Assembly: GCA_030672305.1 (NCBI GenBank)
Contig: DAOVGR010000039.1
Coordinates: forward strand, 2,651 to 66,650
Direction of reading: 5' to 3'
DNA from: Thermoplasmatales archaeon
GTDB taxonomy: Archaea > Thermoplasmatota > E2 > DHVEG-1
DNA length: 64,000 nt
Position numbers and translations under genes: made by a program. Every line of letters starts with the position of its first letter. Position 1 is the stretch's first letter. Under the pieces are notes generated by a model. That model was not told the origin of the DNA and did not search any database. It was given only the letters and a program-made list of their open reading frames with translations. This document shows positions 44,714 to 53,984 of this stretch, piece after piece.

Positions 44714-45644
44714 AGACATTGGTGAGTTTGGATTAATTGATAGAATCACTAAAAAACCTAAAGATAAAGATATTTTAATTGGAATTGGTGATGATGCTGC
44801 TGTTTTCAAAACAAGGAAAGGCTTACAGGTTTTAACAACAGATTGCTTGGTTGAAGGAGATCATTTTAGGAGAGAATGGTTTTCTTCAGCTCAAATTGGA
44901 ATGAAAACAATAGAGGTTAATGTTTCTGATATTGCTGCTATGGGTGCTATTCCAAAATATGTTCTGGTTTCAATGGCTTTACCAAACAATATTGATGTGG
45001 AGTTTGTCGATGGATTATATGAAGGTATGTGGAAAACTTGTGAAAAATATAATATTGAAATAATTGGTGGGAATATGACCCACTCTGAAAAAATTATTAT
45101 CTCAATAACATTAACTGGTGAGGTTGATAATAAAAACCTTTGTTTGAGAAGTGGTGCAAAACCAGGTGATTTTATTTTTGTATCAGATCATTTAGGAAAT
45201 GGAAGAGCTGGTCTTAGATTGTTTCAAGAAGGAATCGATGGATTTGAAAAAGTAAGAAAACATTATCTTGAACCTAAGGCTCAATTAAAAACTGCTTTAA
45301 AAATTTCACCCTTTGTAAATTCCATGATCGATGTTTCTGATGGTCTTGCACCTGAAATAAAACATATTTGCAATCAAAGTAAGTGTGGTGCAATTATTTA
45401 TAAGGATAAAGTACCAATTTCTGATGAGGTCAGAGCAGCTGCAGAAAAACTAGGTGAGGATGAATATGATTATGCACTTTTTGGTGGAGAGGACTTTGAA
45501 CTTGTATATACTGTATCAAAAGAAAACCTTGAAAAGGTTAATGGTTTTTTAGTTGGTGAAATAACTAAAAATAAAAAAATAAGTCTATTTTCAAATGGTA
45601 AAGAAAGTGCAATAGAAGAAAAGGGTTATGATCATTTTTTTTAA
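44703..45644 (+). CDS. thiL: thiamine-monophosphate kinase
   Basis: IGEFGLI...IGIGDDAAV...TTD and the later GGN..H and DVSDGL blocks (AIR-synthase-related fold). Overlaps the thiC end. Confidence 0.85.
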   Translation: MKVKDIGEFGLIDRITKKPKDKDILIGIGDDAAVFKTRKGLQVLTTDCLVEGDHFRREWFSSAQIGMKTIEVNVSDIAAMGAIPKYVLVSMALPNNIDVEFVDGLYEGMWKTCEKYNIEIIGGNMTHSEKIIISITLTGEVDNKNLCLRSGAKPGDFIFVSDHLGNGRAGLRLFQEGIDGFEKVRKHYLEPKAQLKTALKISPFVNSMIDVSDGLAPEIKHICNQSKCGAIIYKDKVPISDEVRAAAEKLGEDEYDYALFGGEDFELVYTVSKENLEKVNGFLVGEITKNKKISLFSNGKESAIEEKGYDHFF

Positions 45645-45658
45645 AATGGCAATGAAAT

Positions 45659-46723
45659 TTAGGTTATATATACACCAAATATAAATATTAGTAGAACTAC
45701 AATTGGTACACAAACAATGGTTGTCCAAGTAACAGCATGAGCCGTAGATTTATTATCGATTCCATAAGGAACTAAAAACATATTTGTACTAGTTATTGGA
45801 AGAATAGAATTAATAATTATAACGGCAAACCATGCACTTGAAATTAGACCAAATGCATATAATGGAGCAAATATTAGAGCTGTAAGAACTGGTGTAACTA
45901 TTACTGTTAGAATGAAAATTCCTCTCACCCAATTCCAATGATCACCTGTTTTATTGTTTTTATCAATATTAAATAATTTCTGAAGTTCAGTTTTTTTAAG
46001 GTCATTTGGATGAATACCTGCTCCTACATAAAAAAGCGCGGCAGGAATTGTGATAGCTGAGTAAAACAAAACTAAAATTTCTAAATTATAACCAAGATCT
46101 TTTGTTGTAAAACCAGTGAATCCATGAATGCCAATAGCCGCAATAACAAATGCGATAAGATACCAAGGATAGAGTTTTAAAAACCATGGCAAGGCCTTTA
46201 CATCCTTTTTTTCTTTCTTTTTAGTCTCTTTTTTATGCATAAATGAAAGAATGTAAGGGATAATTGCAAAAAGTGCGATACCAACTAATGCAATATATAT
46301 TGCAGCCTCAATTTTCCAGGGAGATGCTAACAAAGCACCACCAATAAAAGCAGAGCTTCTTCCCTGATTTGTAAGAACAGTTTTAATAAATAATTGCTTT
46401 TTTAATCCTTTCAAACCCCAACTATTGGCTTTAAATCTTGCAAATATAAAAGCAAGAATATACATTAAAAAAACTATAAAACTTACAACAATTGCAAATT
46501 CAATTTCATTTTTGCCAAAATCTGTGTTTAAGAAAATTCTAAAAACTAGAACTGGAATGAAAAAATAAAGTAAAATTAAACCAATTTTTTTCATTATTCT
46601 ATCTATTTTTTCTCTGCCAATAATCTTTGCTAGTAAAATAGTTACAACAAAGCCAACAAGTATCCATGGTAGAGTATAAAATCCAGATATATATGGTAAT
46701 ATATCTTTTAGTATATCTATCAT
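45659..46723 (-). CDS. AEC-family-like permease (10 TM)
   Basis: 354 aa, about 10 hydrophobic helices in two halves separated by a charged loop (KKETKKKEKKD). Confidence 0.55.
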   Translation of the reverse strand: MIDILKDILPYISGFYTLPWILVGFVVTILLAKIIGREKIDRIMKKIGLILLYFFIPVLVFRIFLNTDFGKNEIEFAIVVSFIVFLMYILAFIFARFKANSWGLKGLKKQLFIKTVLTNQGRSSAFIGGALLASPWKIEAAIYIALVGIALFAIIPYILSFMHKKETKKKEKKDVKALPWFLKLYPWYLIAFVIAAIGIHGFTGFTTKDLGYNLEILVLFYSAITIPAALFYVGAGIHPNDLKKTELQKLFNIDKNNKTGDHWNWVRGIFILTVIVTPVLTALIFAPLYAFGLISSAWFAVIIINSILPITSTNMFLVPYGIDNKSTAHAVTWTTIVCVPIVVLLIFIFGVYIT

Positions 46724-46740
46724 TAAGATTTTACTCCTAC

Positions 46741-48075
46741 CTATCGTTCAAGGACTCTAACAGCCTTTCCAATGCTTCTTGGTATTGATTTTGGCTCTAA
46801 GATCTTCACTGGTACATGCAGATTTAAAATAGTAAAAATTTCTTCTTCTGCTTGTTTTTCTAAATCTTCAATACCACCTTCTTTCCATCTATTTTCTGTT
46901 GGTTCGACTTCTACTGAAAGCGAAATAATTTCACCTTTCTTGGTTTTTATAATCTGATAATTATCACTTAAATCCTTTACCTGCATAAGAGCTGATTCAA
47001 TCTGTGATGGAAATACAATAACACCTTTAACTTTCATCATATCATCACTTCTCCCCTTAATACGTGATTGGATTGGAAGAGTTCTTCCACATTCACATTC
47101 TTCTTCGTAATAAACTGCTAAATCCCTTGTTCTAAAACGCAGAGCAGGAAATGCTTCTTTGGTCAGAGTTGTAAAAACTAGTTCTCCTTCTTCCCCTGGT
47201 GATAGTGTTTCACCTGTATCCGGATTAATTATTTCCGGCAGAAAATGATCAGCATTGATATGCAATTTTTTATATTTACATTCAGAAACAATACCTGGAC
47301 CAATAATTTCTGTTAAACCATAATGTTCATGAGCAACAATTCCCCATCTTTTTTCAACATTTTTTCTCATTTCTTCGCTCCATGCCTCTGCACCAAAACA
47401 GCCTATCTTTAAATTGAAATCCTTTAATGGATTTAAACCCATAAATTCCGCTGTCTCAGCCATATACATGGAGTATGATGGAGTACACACAAGTGCTGTC
47501 GTACCAAAATCTTTCATAATTGTTACTTGTCTTTTTGTGTTTCCAGAGGAAATAGTAATTACCACAGCTCCTATTTTTTGTGCTCCTTTCTCAAAGCCGT
47601 GGGCACCTGTAAATAACCCATAACCATAAGCATTCTGCATAATGTCGTGTTTTCTAAGTCCATTAGCCCATAAGGACCGAGCCATAACCTCGGCCCAGAG
47701 CTCAACATCGTTTGTTGTATAAGGACCAACAACTGGTTTACCTGTAGTTCCTGATGATGCATGTACCTCTACAATATCATCAATTTCAGTACAAACAAGG
47801 CCAAAAGGATAGAATCCTCTAAGGTCCTGCTTTGTTAAAAAAGGGATTTTTTCAATATCACTTAAAGACTTTATACTGTCAGAAGAAATTTTTGCTTCTT
47901 TTAGTCTATCCCGATAAAATCTATTGTTTCTATAAATATAATCAATCATTTTTTTTAATCTTTTAAATTGTAATTCTTTTAGTTCTTTCAAAGGCATGCA
48001 CTCAATCTTGCTATCCCAAACATTTTCAGCCATAATTTGCCTCCCTTGTTCGTCCCACTGAATATTGTAGTCCAA
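46741..48075 (-). CDS. paaK: phenylacetate-CoA ligase
   Basis: 444 aa. SSGTTGKP adenylation motif, YGLTE, and the N-terminal LKELQFKRLKKMIDY...RFYRDRL pattern typical of PaaK. Confidence 0.85.
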   Translation of the reverse strand: MDYNIQWDEQGRQIMAENVWDSKIECMPLKELKELQFKRLKKMIDYIYRNNRFYRDRLKEAKISSDSIKSLSDIEKIPFLTKQDLRGFYPFGLVCTEIDDIVEVHASSGTTGKPVVGPYTTNDVELWAEVMARSLWANGLRKHDIMQNAYGYGLFTGAHGFEKGAQKIGAVVITISSGNTKRQVTIMKDFGTTALVCTPSYSMYMAETAEFMGLNPLKDFNLKIGCFGAEAWSEEMRKNVEKRWGIVAHEHYGLTEIIGPGIVSECKYKKLHINADHFLPEIINPDTGETLSPGEEGELVFTTLTKEAFPALRFRTRDLAVYYEEECECGRTLPIQSRIKGRSDDMMKVKGVIVFPSQIESALMQVKDLSDNYQIIKTKKGEIISLSVEVEPTENRWKEGGIEDLEKQAEEEIFTILNLHVPVKILEPKSIPRSIGKAVRVLER

Positions 48076-48157
48076 TATAATAATTGCTAATACTATTAAG
48101 AAACGATTTTAAATGACATCTAATATTCTCTAAAACATCAATTAATTATGTGATACA

Positions 48158-49303
48158 ATGAAAGTAATTGTTCTTGGCTCTGGTATGATGGGATCAGCAT
48201 TGGCATATGACCTATCTAAATATTCAAATTTTAATGAAATTACTATTGCAGATAGAGATATTAAAACATTAGAATCTGCTAAAGAATTTCTTAATGATGG
48301 AAAAATAAAATATTCAATTCTTAATGTAGAAAATTCAACAGAATTAAAGGAACATTTTCGAAAATATGACGTTGCGATATCGGCAATTCCTTACAAATAT
48401 AATTATAATTTAGCAAAAATTGCTGTTGAGACAAAAACACATTTTCTTGATCTTGGAGGAAACAATGACATTGTTAATAAAGAAAGAACATTGTTTGAAA
48501 AAGCAAAGAAAATAGGTGTAACAATAATTCCTGATTGTGGTCTTGCACCAGGCTTAGCATCTGTTATAACTCGTGATATAGTAGAACAAATGGGCTCTGT
48601 TGATTTTGTAAAGATAAGAGTTGGTGGACTGCCTATTAATCCTCAACCACCCCTTAATTATCAAATTGTTTTTTCACCATATGGGCTTATTAATGAATAT
48701 ATTGAGGATTCTATAATTCTCAATAATCGAAAAATTATAAAAAAGCAATCAATGTCAGAACTTGAGACAGTTATTTTTCCTGAACCTTTTGGAGAAATGG
48801 AAGCATTTCTTACTTCTGGTGGGGCTTCAACCTTACCATATACTTTTAAAGATAAAATTAATTATCTTGATTACAAAACAGTTCGTTATCCTGGTCACTG
48901 TGAAAGATTTAAACATCTTTTAGATATGGGACTTGGAAATACAGAAAAAATAGGTGTTGGTGATAGAAAAGTTATCTCACGTGAAGTTTTTGTATCCTTT
49001 CTTTTAAAGATTCTTCCAAAAAATGAAAAAGATGTTGTGCTTTTAAAAGTTATATCTAAAGGAGAAGAAGATGGAAAAGATGTTTTTTTAGAATACACTT
49101 TAATTGATTATTATGATGATAAAAATAACATTACAGCAATGATGCGTACAACAAGTTATCCAACATCAATAATTGCTCAGTTAATTTTAAATGGGAAAAT
49201 AAAGGACCATGGAGTTTTTGGCTGTGAGGAAGTTGTTCCATGTTCTCCCTTTTTTAAAGAATTGCAAAAGCGAGGAATAAAGGTTCAGAAGGAAACAAAA
49301 TGA
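48158..49303 (+). CDS. saccharopine dehydrogenase-like NAD(P)-binding oxidoreductase
   Basis: Rossmann fingerprint VIVLGSGMMGSALAYDL; length and central PDCGLAPGL block fit the family. Confidence 0.7.
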   Translation: MKVIVLGSGMMGSALAYDLSKYSNFNEITIADRDIKTLESAKEFLNDGKIKYSILNVENSTELKEHFRKYDVAISAIPYKYNYNLAKIAVETKTHFLDLGGNNDIVNKERTLFEKAKKIGVTIIPDCGLAPGLASVITRDIVEQMGSVDFVKIRVGGLPINPQPPLNYQIVFSPYGLINEYIEDSIILNNRKIIKKQSMSELETVIFPEPFGEMEAFLTSGGASTLPYTFKDKINYLDYKTVRYPGHCERFKHLLDMGLGNTEKIGVGDRKVISREVFVSFLLKILPKNEKDVVLLKVISKGEEDGKDVFLEYTLIDYYDDKNNITAMMRTTSYPTSIIAQLILNGKIKDHGVFGCEEVVPCSPFFKELQKRGIKVQKETK

Positions 49304-49923
49304 ATATTGAGCGAGATTTTTTAGAAGGTAAAAAAAGTGCAATTACAAAGCTTAAAAAAGCTCAGAAAGAAAATAAAGTAGATAGAGGAATTCAACCTAT
49401 TTTAGATATAATAAATGAATCTGATGATTATTATACCTCAAGTAGCTGTTATGGTAGAATAGTTATTCTTGAAATCCCAAATATTGGTAATAAAAAAGAA
49501 GCAAAATTTTTAGGTAAGTGGCACCGAACAATAGATGTTGATGAAGTATTCTCTGCTGTAAAAAAGGCAAAAATTGGTCAGATTTGGTTTCTTTCACAGT
49601 CTCCAATAATTCATATTACTGCAAAAACAAATGAAGCTGCAAATAGACTAATGAAAACAGCGGTTGCATGTGGTTTTAAAAACTCGGGATTAAAGTCTTT
49701 TGGAAGAAAGATTGTTGTTGAAATATGCAGCACAGAAAGACTTGATGTACCTATTGGTAATAATTGTATTTTGTTTAGTAATACAAAACATCTAGAGCTA
49801 TTGACAAATATTTCAAATGAGATTTTTAATAAATCAACTAAAAAAATGCAGAAATTAGAAAAGGAATTAAAGATACAGGTCAGCCGTATGAAGTTAATAG
49901 GATTTCAGGCCCATGTTCTATAA
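49300..49923 (+). CDS. taw3: tRNA wybutosine-synthesizing protein 3 (Taw3/TYW3-like), 3' end replaced by IS insertion
   Basis: The DYYTSSSCYGRIVIL block is typical of TYW3. From codon VSRMKLIGFQAHVL* onward the ORF reads into the IS66-family element that begins at 49872. Confidence 0.75.
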   Translation: MNIERDFLEGKKSAITKLKKAQKENKVDRGIQPILDIINESDDYYTSSSCYGRIVILEIPNIGNKKEAKFLGKWHRTIDVDEVFSAVKKAKIGQIWFLSQSPIIHITAKTNEAANRLMKTAVACGFKNSGLKSFGRKIVVEICSTERLDVPIGNNCILFSNTKHLELLTNISNEIFNKSTKKMQKLEKELKIQVSRMKLIGFQAHVL

Positions 49924-51301
49924 GATTTTGCCCGTTTTGATGAAGTGTTTGACTCACGCTGAGAAGTATTTCGTAATTTTTTGAACCCTTTGTTGATCTA
50001 TTTCCACCGCTTATTTTTCTAGCAGTTACAGGGGGTCGGAGTGCTCGCTCTGCAGCATTGTTTGTACCATCTACATGTGGGTTTTTTACAAACTCGAAGA
50101 GATTATCCTTCTCCTTTAGGAGATTTACAACAAATTTATGGCAATGTTGCGACTTGTATGGGATGTCCAGTTCGTCTTTCATATTTTGAAATAGTTGTTC
50201 AATATCTTTATCTGTTCCTTTGTGGTCATAGGCTTTTGCAGATTCATAGATTCTCTTTACTACTTGATGGATATACTTTCCTTCCGCCCTATAGAAGTGA
50301 GCGAGTTCTTCCGCGTTGTTGGTAATATGTGTCCAACAATCTTGTTGAGGGTTCTTTGTCTTCTTTGCCAGTGTTTTATACGCTGAGAAACGATCATGAA
50401 CATCAACACCCTCATGGTTTTTCCCTAATAGTTTCAATGGAACCTTATGACCACGTGAACATGCAATTTTATACAAGGTGATTCCCTTTGAGACAAATGT
50501 CCAAAGATTTGCATTTTCACCATTGATACGCCAACTGGTCTCATCGATATTTCTTGATGGTTCCTTACGAATATTGTACATCAACTGCTGATAATATGGA
50601 CCAAATGCACGTGCAACCTGATCTAGGATATGAATTACTTCGCCCTCACATATTTTCAACCCAAACAACCGGTTAAAAACTTCAGGAATTGCTTCTTCTG
50701 TCATCCTGAGTTTAATTTTAAACCAAACAACAATGAGCATAACACGGAGACTAAGACGAGCACCTGGAAGTACCCATGTTACTGGTGCTTCAACAAGTTT
50801 CTTACAGGTTCTGCAATAACGTCGTTCTATCTCCAATTGGATGGCAACAGGTTTACAAACAGGAATATCCTCATATGTCCGATTTCGTGTCTCCTGAACC
50901 TTCTCGCTCAAATCTGTACCGCCACACTCAGGACATACCATTACAGGTATACGACGAACTTCATCAATATGTTCTGGCATTGCACGGAAATAGGGTTTAT
51001 GACCCTTTTTTGCCCCAGGTTTCTTAGGTGTTTGTGACTTTGTAGATGATTTGTAGAAGTATGGCTTACCGTTTTTCACGCCTACAGTCCTTGGATGTCT
51101 CTTTTTATATTCCTCAAACTCTTCTTTTAGTCTCTTCAGTTCCTCTTTTAATTCTTTGTTTTCCTGTTCCAGTTTTTGGATATACTGTTTTACCTCATCT
51201 GGTAAACCTATCATCCCATCCATCAAACAATATAGTATGTAGAACTTCCAGAAGGATTTTTTGGTCCATCATATGTATGCTTCAGACCACTGACCTATAT
51301 C
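49872..51301 (-). mobile_element. IS66-family insertion sequence, single-ORF type, with 8-bp target site duplication
   Basis: Imperfect 22-nt terminal inverted repeats: GATACAGGTCAGCCGTATGAAG (49872..49893) versus the reverse complement of 51280..51301, GATATAGGTCAGTGGTCTGAAG (18/22 match). Direct repeats GAATTAAA at 49864..49871 and 51302..51309. More G+C-rich than the flanks. Confidence 0.85.
49880..51226 (-). CDS. IS66-family transposase
   Basis: 448 aa. N-terminal leucine-zipper-like coiled coil (QKLEQENKELKEELKRLKEEFEEYKK), zinc finger (CPECGG...CRTCKK), then a DDE-type catalytic region. Confidence 0.85.
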   Translation of the reverse strand: MMDGMIGLPDEVKQYIQKLEQENKELKEELKRLKEEFEEYKKRHPRTVGVKNGKPYFYKSSTKSQTPKKPGAKKGHKPYFRAMPEHIDEVRRIPVMVCPECGGTDLSEKVQETRNRTYEDIPVCKPVAIQLEIERRYCRTCKKLVEAPVTWVLPGARLSLRVMLIVVWFKIKLRMTEEAIPEVFNRLFGLKICEGEVIHILDQVARAFGPYYQQLMYNIRKEPSRNIDETSWRINGENANLWTFVSKGITLYKIACSRGHKVPLKLLGKNHEGVDVHDRFSAYKTLAKKTKNPQQDCWTHITNNAEELAHFYRAEGKYIHQVVKRIYESAKAYDHKGTDKDIEQLFQNMKDELDIPYKSQHCHKFVVNLLKEKDNLFEFVKNPHVDGTNNAAERALRPPVTARKISGGNRSTKGSKNYEILLSVSQTLHQNGQNLIEHGPEILLTSYG

Positions 51302-51352
51302 GAATTAAAGAAAGATTTAAGTACTCACAAATCAACCAACAATTAGGTTAAG

Positions 51353-51649
51353 ATGAAGGGATTAACAACAAGCCAAATCACATTCATTTTTTGGATATTA
51401 CTTATACTTTTATTTGTATTATATGTTGTTTTTATTTCATTTAATAATATGATTATTTCAAAAATAATATTTGTTTTTATTTTTGTAATGGCCATCTTTG
51501 GATTTTTTGGTGCTATAATATCTGTTTATAATAGATTTACAAAAGTAAAATATTTGTTGAAAATAAAACAAGAAAAGGAAAAAAATATTAGAGATTTCTA
51601 CAGATATCAGCAGACCCTTGATCCACCAGATTTTGATTTATTTAACTAA
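51353..51649 (+). CDS. small membrane protein, unknown function
   Basis: 98 aa with two hydrophobic helices. Confidence 0.4.
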   Translation: MKGLTTSQITFIFWILLILLFVLYVVFISFNNMIISKIIFVFIFVMAIFGFFGAIISVYNRFTKVKYLLKIKQEKEKNIRDFYRYQQTLDPPDFDLFN

Positions 51650-51996
51650 TTTATATTGGAATGAACCAACCAAGCTTCTTTTGGTATTTTTTTGTATATA
51701 TTGAATGTATCTTTCTTTATTTTCTCAACAGATGACTCTCTAATTATATCATTGTTAAAAGACCAATAGTATTTTCGCATCTGCTTTCCATTTTCTTTGA
51801 ATTCCTCTCGTCTGAGTTTAAGAAGCTTTTCTCTTTGTAAATCATAGAATAATGCTCGTGCGTATTTATCAATAGTCATATCTTCTATTTCATCTTGACC
51901 TTTAAAGATTCCCTCAACTGTTTTTGCAAGAGCTACTGCATCCTCTTTAGTCATCTCAAACCTGTTTTTTAGTGCTTTTATTAATAATTGTTTCAT
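51646..51996 (-). CDS. hypothetical protein
   Basis: 116-aa charged helical protein. No family recognised. Confidence 0.4.
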   Translation of the reverse strand: MKQLLIKALKNRFEMTKEDAVALAKTVEGIFKGQDEIEDMTIDKYARALFYDLQREKLLKLRREEFKENGKQMRKYYWSFNNDIIRESSVEKIKKDTFNIYKKIPKEAWLVHSNIN

Positions 51997-52138
51997 TATT
52001 TGTTCCCCACTACGCCTAGATTTTTGTAATTCTGCTTATAAAGTTCTTGTTGTACAACTGTTATCTGAAAAACTTTTATTCCGAATTATTTAAATCTATA
52101 TTGACTATTTACTGCTTCAAAATATGGGGGACAATAAT

Positions 52139-53224
52139 ATGGCAAAAAGGATTTACAATTTCTATGCAGGTCCTGCGACCTTACCACTTCCAGCGTTAAA
52201 GAAAGCACAAAAAGAGCTTTTGGATTTTCATGGAACTGGTATGTCTCTTATGGAGCTGTCTCACAGGTCAAAAGAATATGATGCAATGCATAAGGAAGCA
52301 TCAAGTTTGGTTAGAAGGTTAATGAAGATACCTGATGATTACAAAATATTATGGCTTCAGGGAGGTGCTTCAAGTCAGTTTTATATGGCTCCATTAAATC
52401 TACAAAAAGATGGCAAGTCGTTTGAATATGTAAACACGGGTGTCTGGTCAAAAAAGGCAATAAAAGAAGCAAAGTTCTATGGAGAGGTAAAGGTTGTTGC
52501 TAGTTCAGAAGATGAAAATTTCTCATATATTCCAAAAAATATAGATTTTAGTTCTGATGCAGCATTTGCACATATTACAGGAAATAACACAATCTATGGA
52601 ACTGAATTTCAAGAGTGGCCAGATGTTCCAGGTGATGTGCCCTTAGCCTGTGATATGTCTTCACATATTATGGACAAGGTAATAGATGTTAAGAAATTTG
52701 GTGTTATTTATGCTGGCGCTCAAAAAAACATCGGTCCTGCTGGAGTAACACTTTTAATAGTAAGGGAGGATTTATTAGAAAGAATTCCTGAGAATACACC
52801 AACCATGCAAAAATGGAAAACCCATGTTGAGAAAGACTCACTTTTTAACACCGGTCCATGTTGGGCAATTTATATTTGCAAACTATCACTTGGACATCTT
52901 GAAAGCATAGGTGGAGTTCCAGAAGTTGAAAAGATAAACCGAAAGAAAGCAAAGATATTATATGATTTAATTGACAATTCAAATGGTTTTTACAAAGGTC
53001 ATGCAAAACCAGATTCTAGATCACTTATGAATGTAACATTTAACCTTCCAACTCCAGAACTTGAAGAAAAATGTGTAAAAGAGGCACTTGAAAAAGACCT
53101 TGTTGGCTTAAAAGGCCACAGATCTGTTGGCGGCATGAGAGCATCAATTTATAATGCAATGCCAATAGAAGGAGTCAATACTCTAGCAGATTTCTTAAAG
53201 GAATTCCAGGAGAATAATCAGTAA
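52139..53224 (+). CDS. serC: phosphoserine aminotransferase
   Basis: N-terminal YNFYAGPATLP, with later GAQKNIGPAG and GGMRASIYNAMP blocks. Confidence 0.92.
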   Translation: MAKRIYNFYAGPATLPLPALKKAQKELLDFHGTGMSLMELSHRSKEYDAMHKEASSLVRRLMKIPDDYKILWLQGGASSQFYMAPLNLQKDGKSFEYVNTGVWSKKAIKEAKFYGEVKVVASSEDENFSYIPKNIDFSSDAAFAHITGNNTIYGTEFQEWPDVPGDVPLACDMSSHIMDKVIDVKKFGVIYAGAQKNIGPAGVTLLIVREDLLERIPENTPTMQKWKTHVEKDSLFNTGPCWAIYICKLSLGHLESIGGVPEVEKINRKKAKILYDLIDNSNGFYKGHAKPDSRSLMNVTFNLPTPELEEKCVKEALEKDLVGLKGHRSVGGMRASIYNAMPIEGVNTLADFLKEFQENNQ

Positions 53225-53271
53225 ATTTTTAAAAATATACTTATCAAATCTTTCTAGTAAATTTTTACAGA

Positions 53272-53301
53272 TTGACATTTTTGCGGGTTACGTTTAAATA
53301 T
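53272..53301 (+). promoter_or_regulatory. promoter of the receiver gene: TTGACATTTTT - N10 - TTTAAATAT
   Basis: TATA-like TTTAAATAT (53293..53301) lies about 60 nt upstream of the ATG at 53361. It is preceded at fixed spacing by TTGACATTTTT (53272..53282). The same architecture recurs at 53807..53836. Confidence 0.5.
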
Positions 53302-53360
53302 AATCATCAACAAAAAATGGCATGATACATAGTATCACAATAGAGGTTGAGGAGAGTAAT

Positions 53361-53750
53361 ATGAATAAAAAAATAATGATAGTTGATGATGAGCAGGACA
53401 TATTAACTTCATTAAAAACCGTTTTTAAACATCAAGATTATGATGTAATAACTGTTGATAATGGGGGGGATTGTATTACTGAACTTGAAAAAGGTTTCAA
53501 AGGTGTAATACTAGTGGACATTATGATGCCTGGAATGGATGGATGGCAGACTATTAGAGAGATAGTAAAAAAAGGTTTGATAAATAATGTAGCAATCGGA
53601 ATAATTACCGGAAAAGGAACAAAGAATCACCAGGACATGGATGGACTTTCTTGCTATATTTACGACTACTTTTCAAAACCGCTAAATATCAAAGAATTAG
53701 TTAGAAGTATAGACGGATGTCAAATATTTCTTAATGAAAGAGTTATCTAA
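53361..53750 (+). CDS. stand-alone response regulator receiver (CheY-like)
   Basis: IMIVDDEQD...VLVDIMMPGMDGW...ITGKG...KP. The ATG at 53361 is preceded by GGAGAG. Confidence 0.85.
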   Translation: MNKKIMIVDDEQDILTSLKTVFKHQDYDVITVDNGGDCITELEKGFKGVILVDIMMPGMDGWQTIREIVKKGLINNVAIGIITGKGTKNHQDMDGLSCYIYDYFSKPLNIKELVRSIDGCQIFLNERVI

Positions 53751-53791
53751 GAAACGCTAGGTTAAGGATAATATTTAGATATACAACTACT

Positions 53792-53836
53792 TGACATTTT
53801 GTCATTTTGACATTTTTACAAAGTAGATTTAAATAT
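53792..53836 (+). promoter_or_regulatory. orphan promoter-like element with compound palindromic operator
   Basis: TGACA-TTT-TGTCA-TTT-TGACA (53792..53812), then TTTAAATAT (53828..53836). TTGACATTTTT (53807..53817)-to-TATA spacing is identical to the element at 53272..53301. No ORF follows. Confidence 0.4.
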
Positions 53837-53854
53837 CATAACAGGTGTCCTTTC

Positions 53855-53972
53855 GATTATCATCCCATCCTATAAAGGATAGGTCTGGATCGTATATTTA
53901 AATTTTAATTGGTCTTAATTTATTCACCAAATACCTGCTTTTACGATCCAGATACTACCTCCCTATTAATTT
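53855..53972 (+). ncRNA. candidate small non-coding RNA (ends approximate)
   Basis: Lies downstream of the orphan promoter. Small hairpin ATCCT-ATAA-AGGAT. Perfect 11-bp stem TCTGGATCGTA (53884..53894)/TACGATCCAGA (53942..53952) enclosing 47 nt. A T5 run lies near 53970. No ATG-initiated ORF on this strand. Confidence 0.3.
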
Positions 53973-53984
53973 TTACAATTTGCT

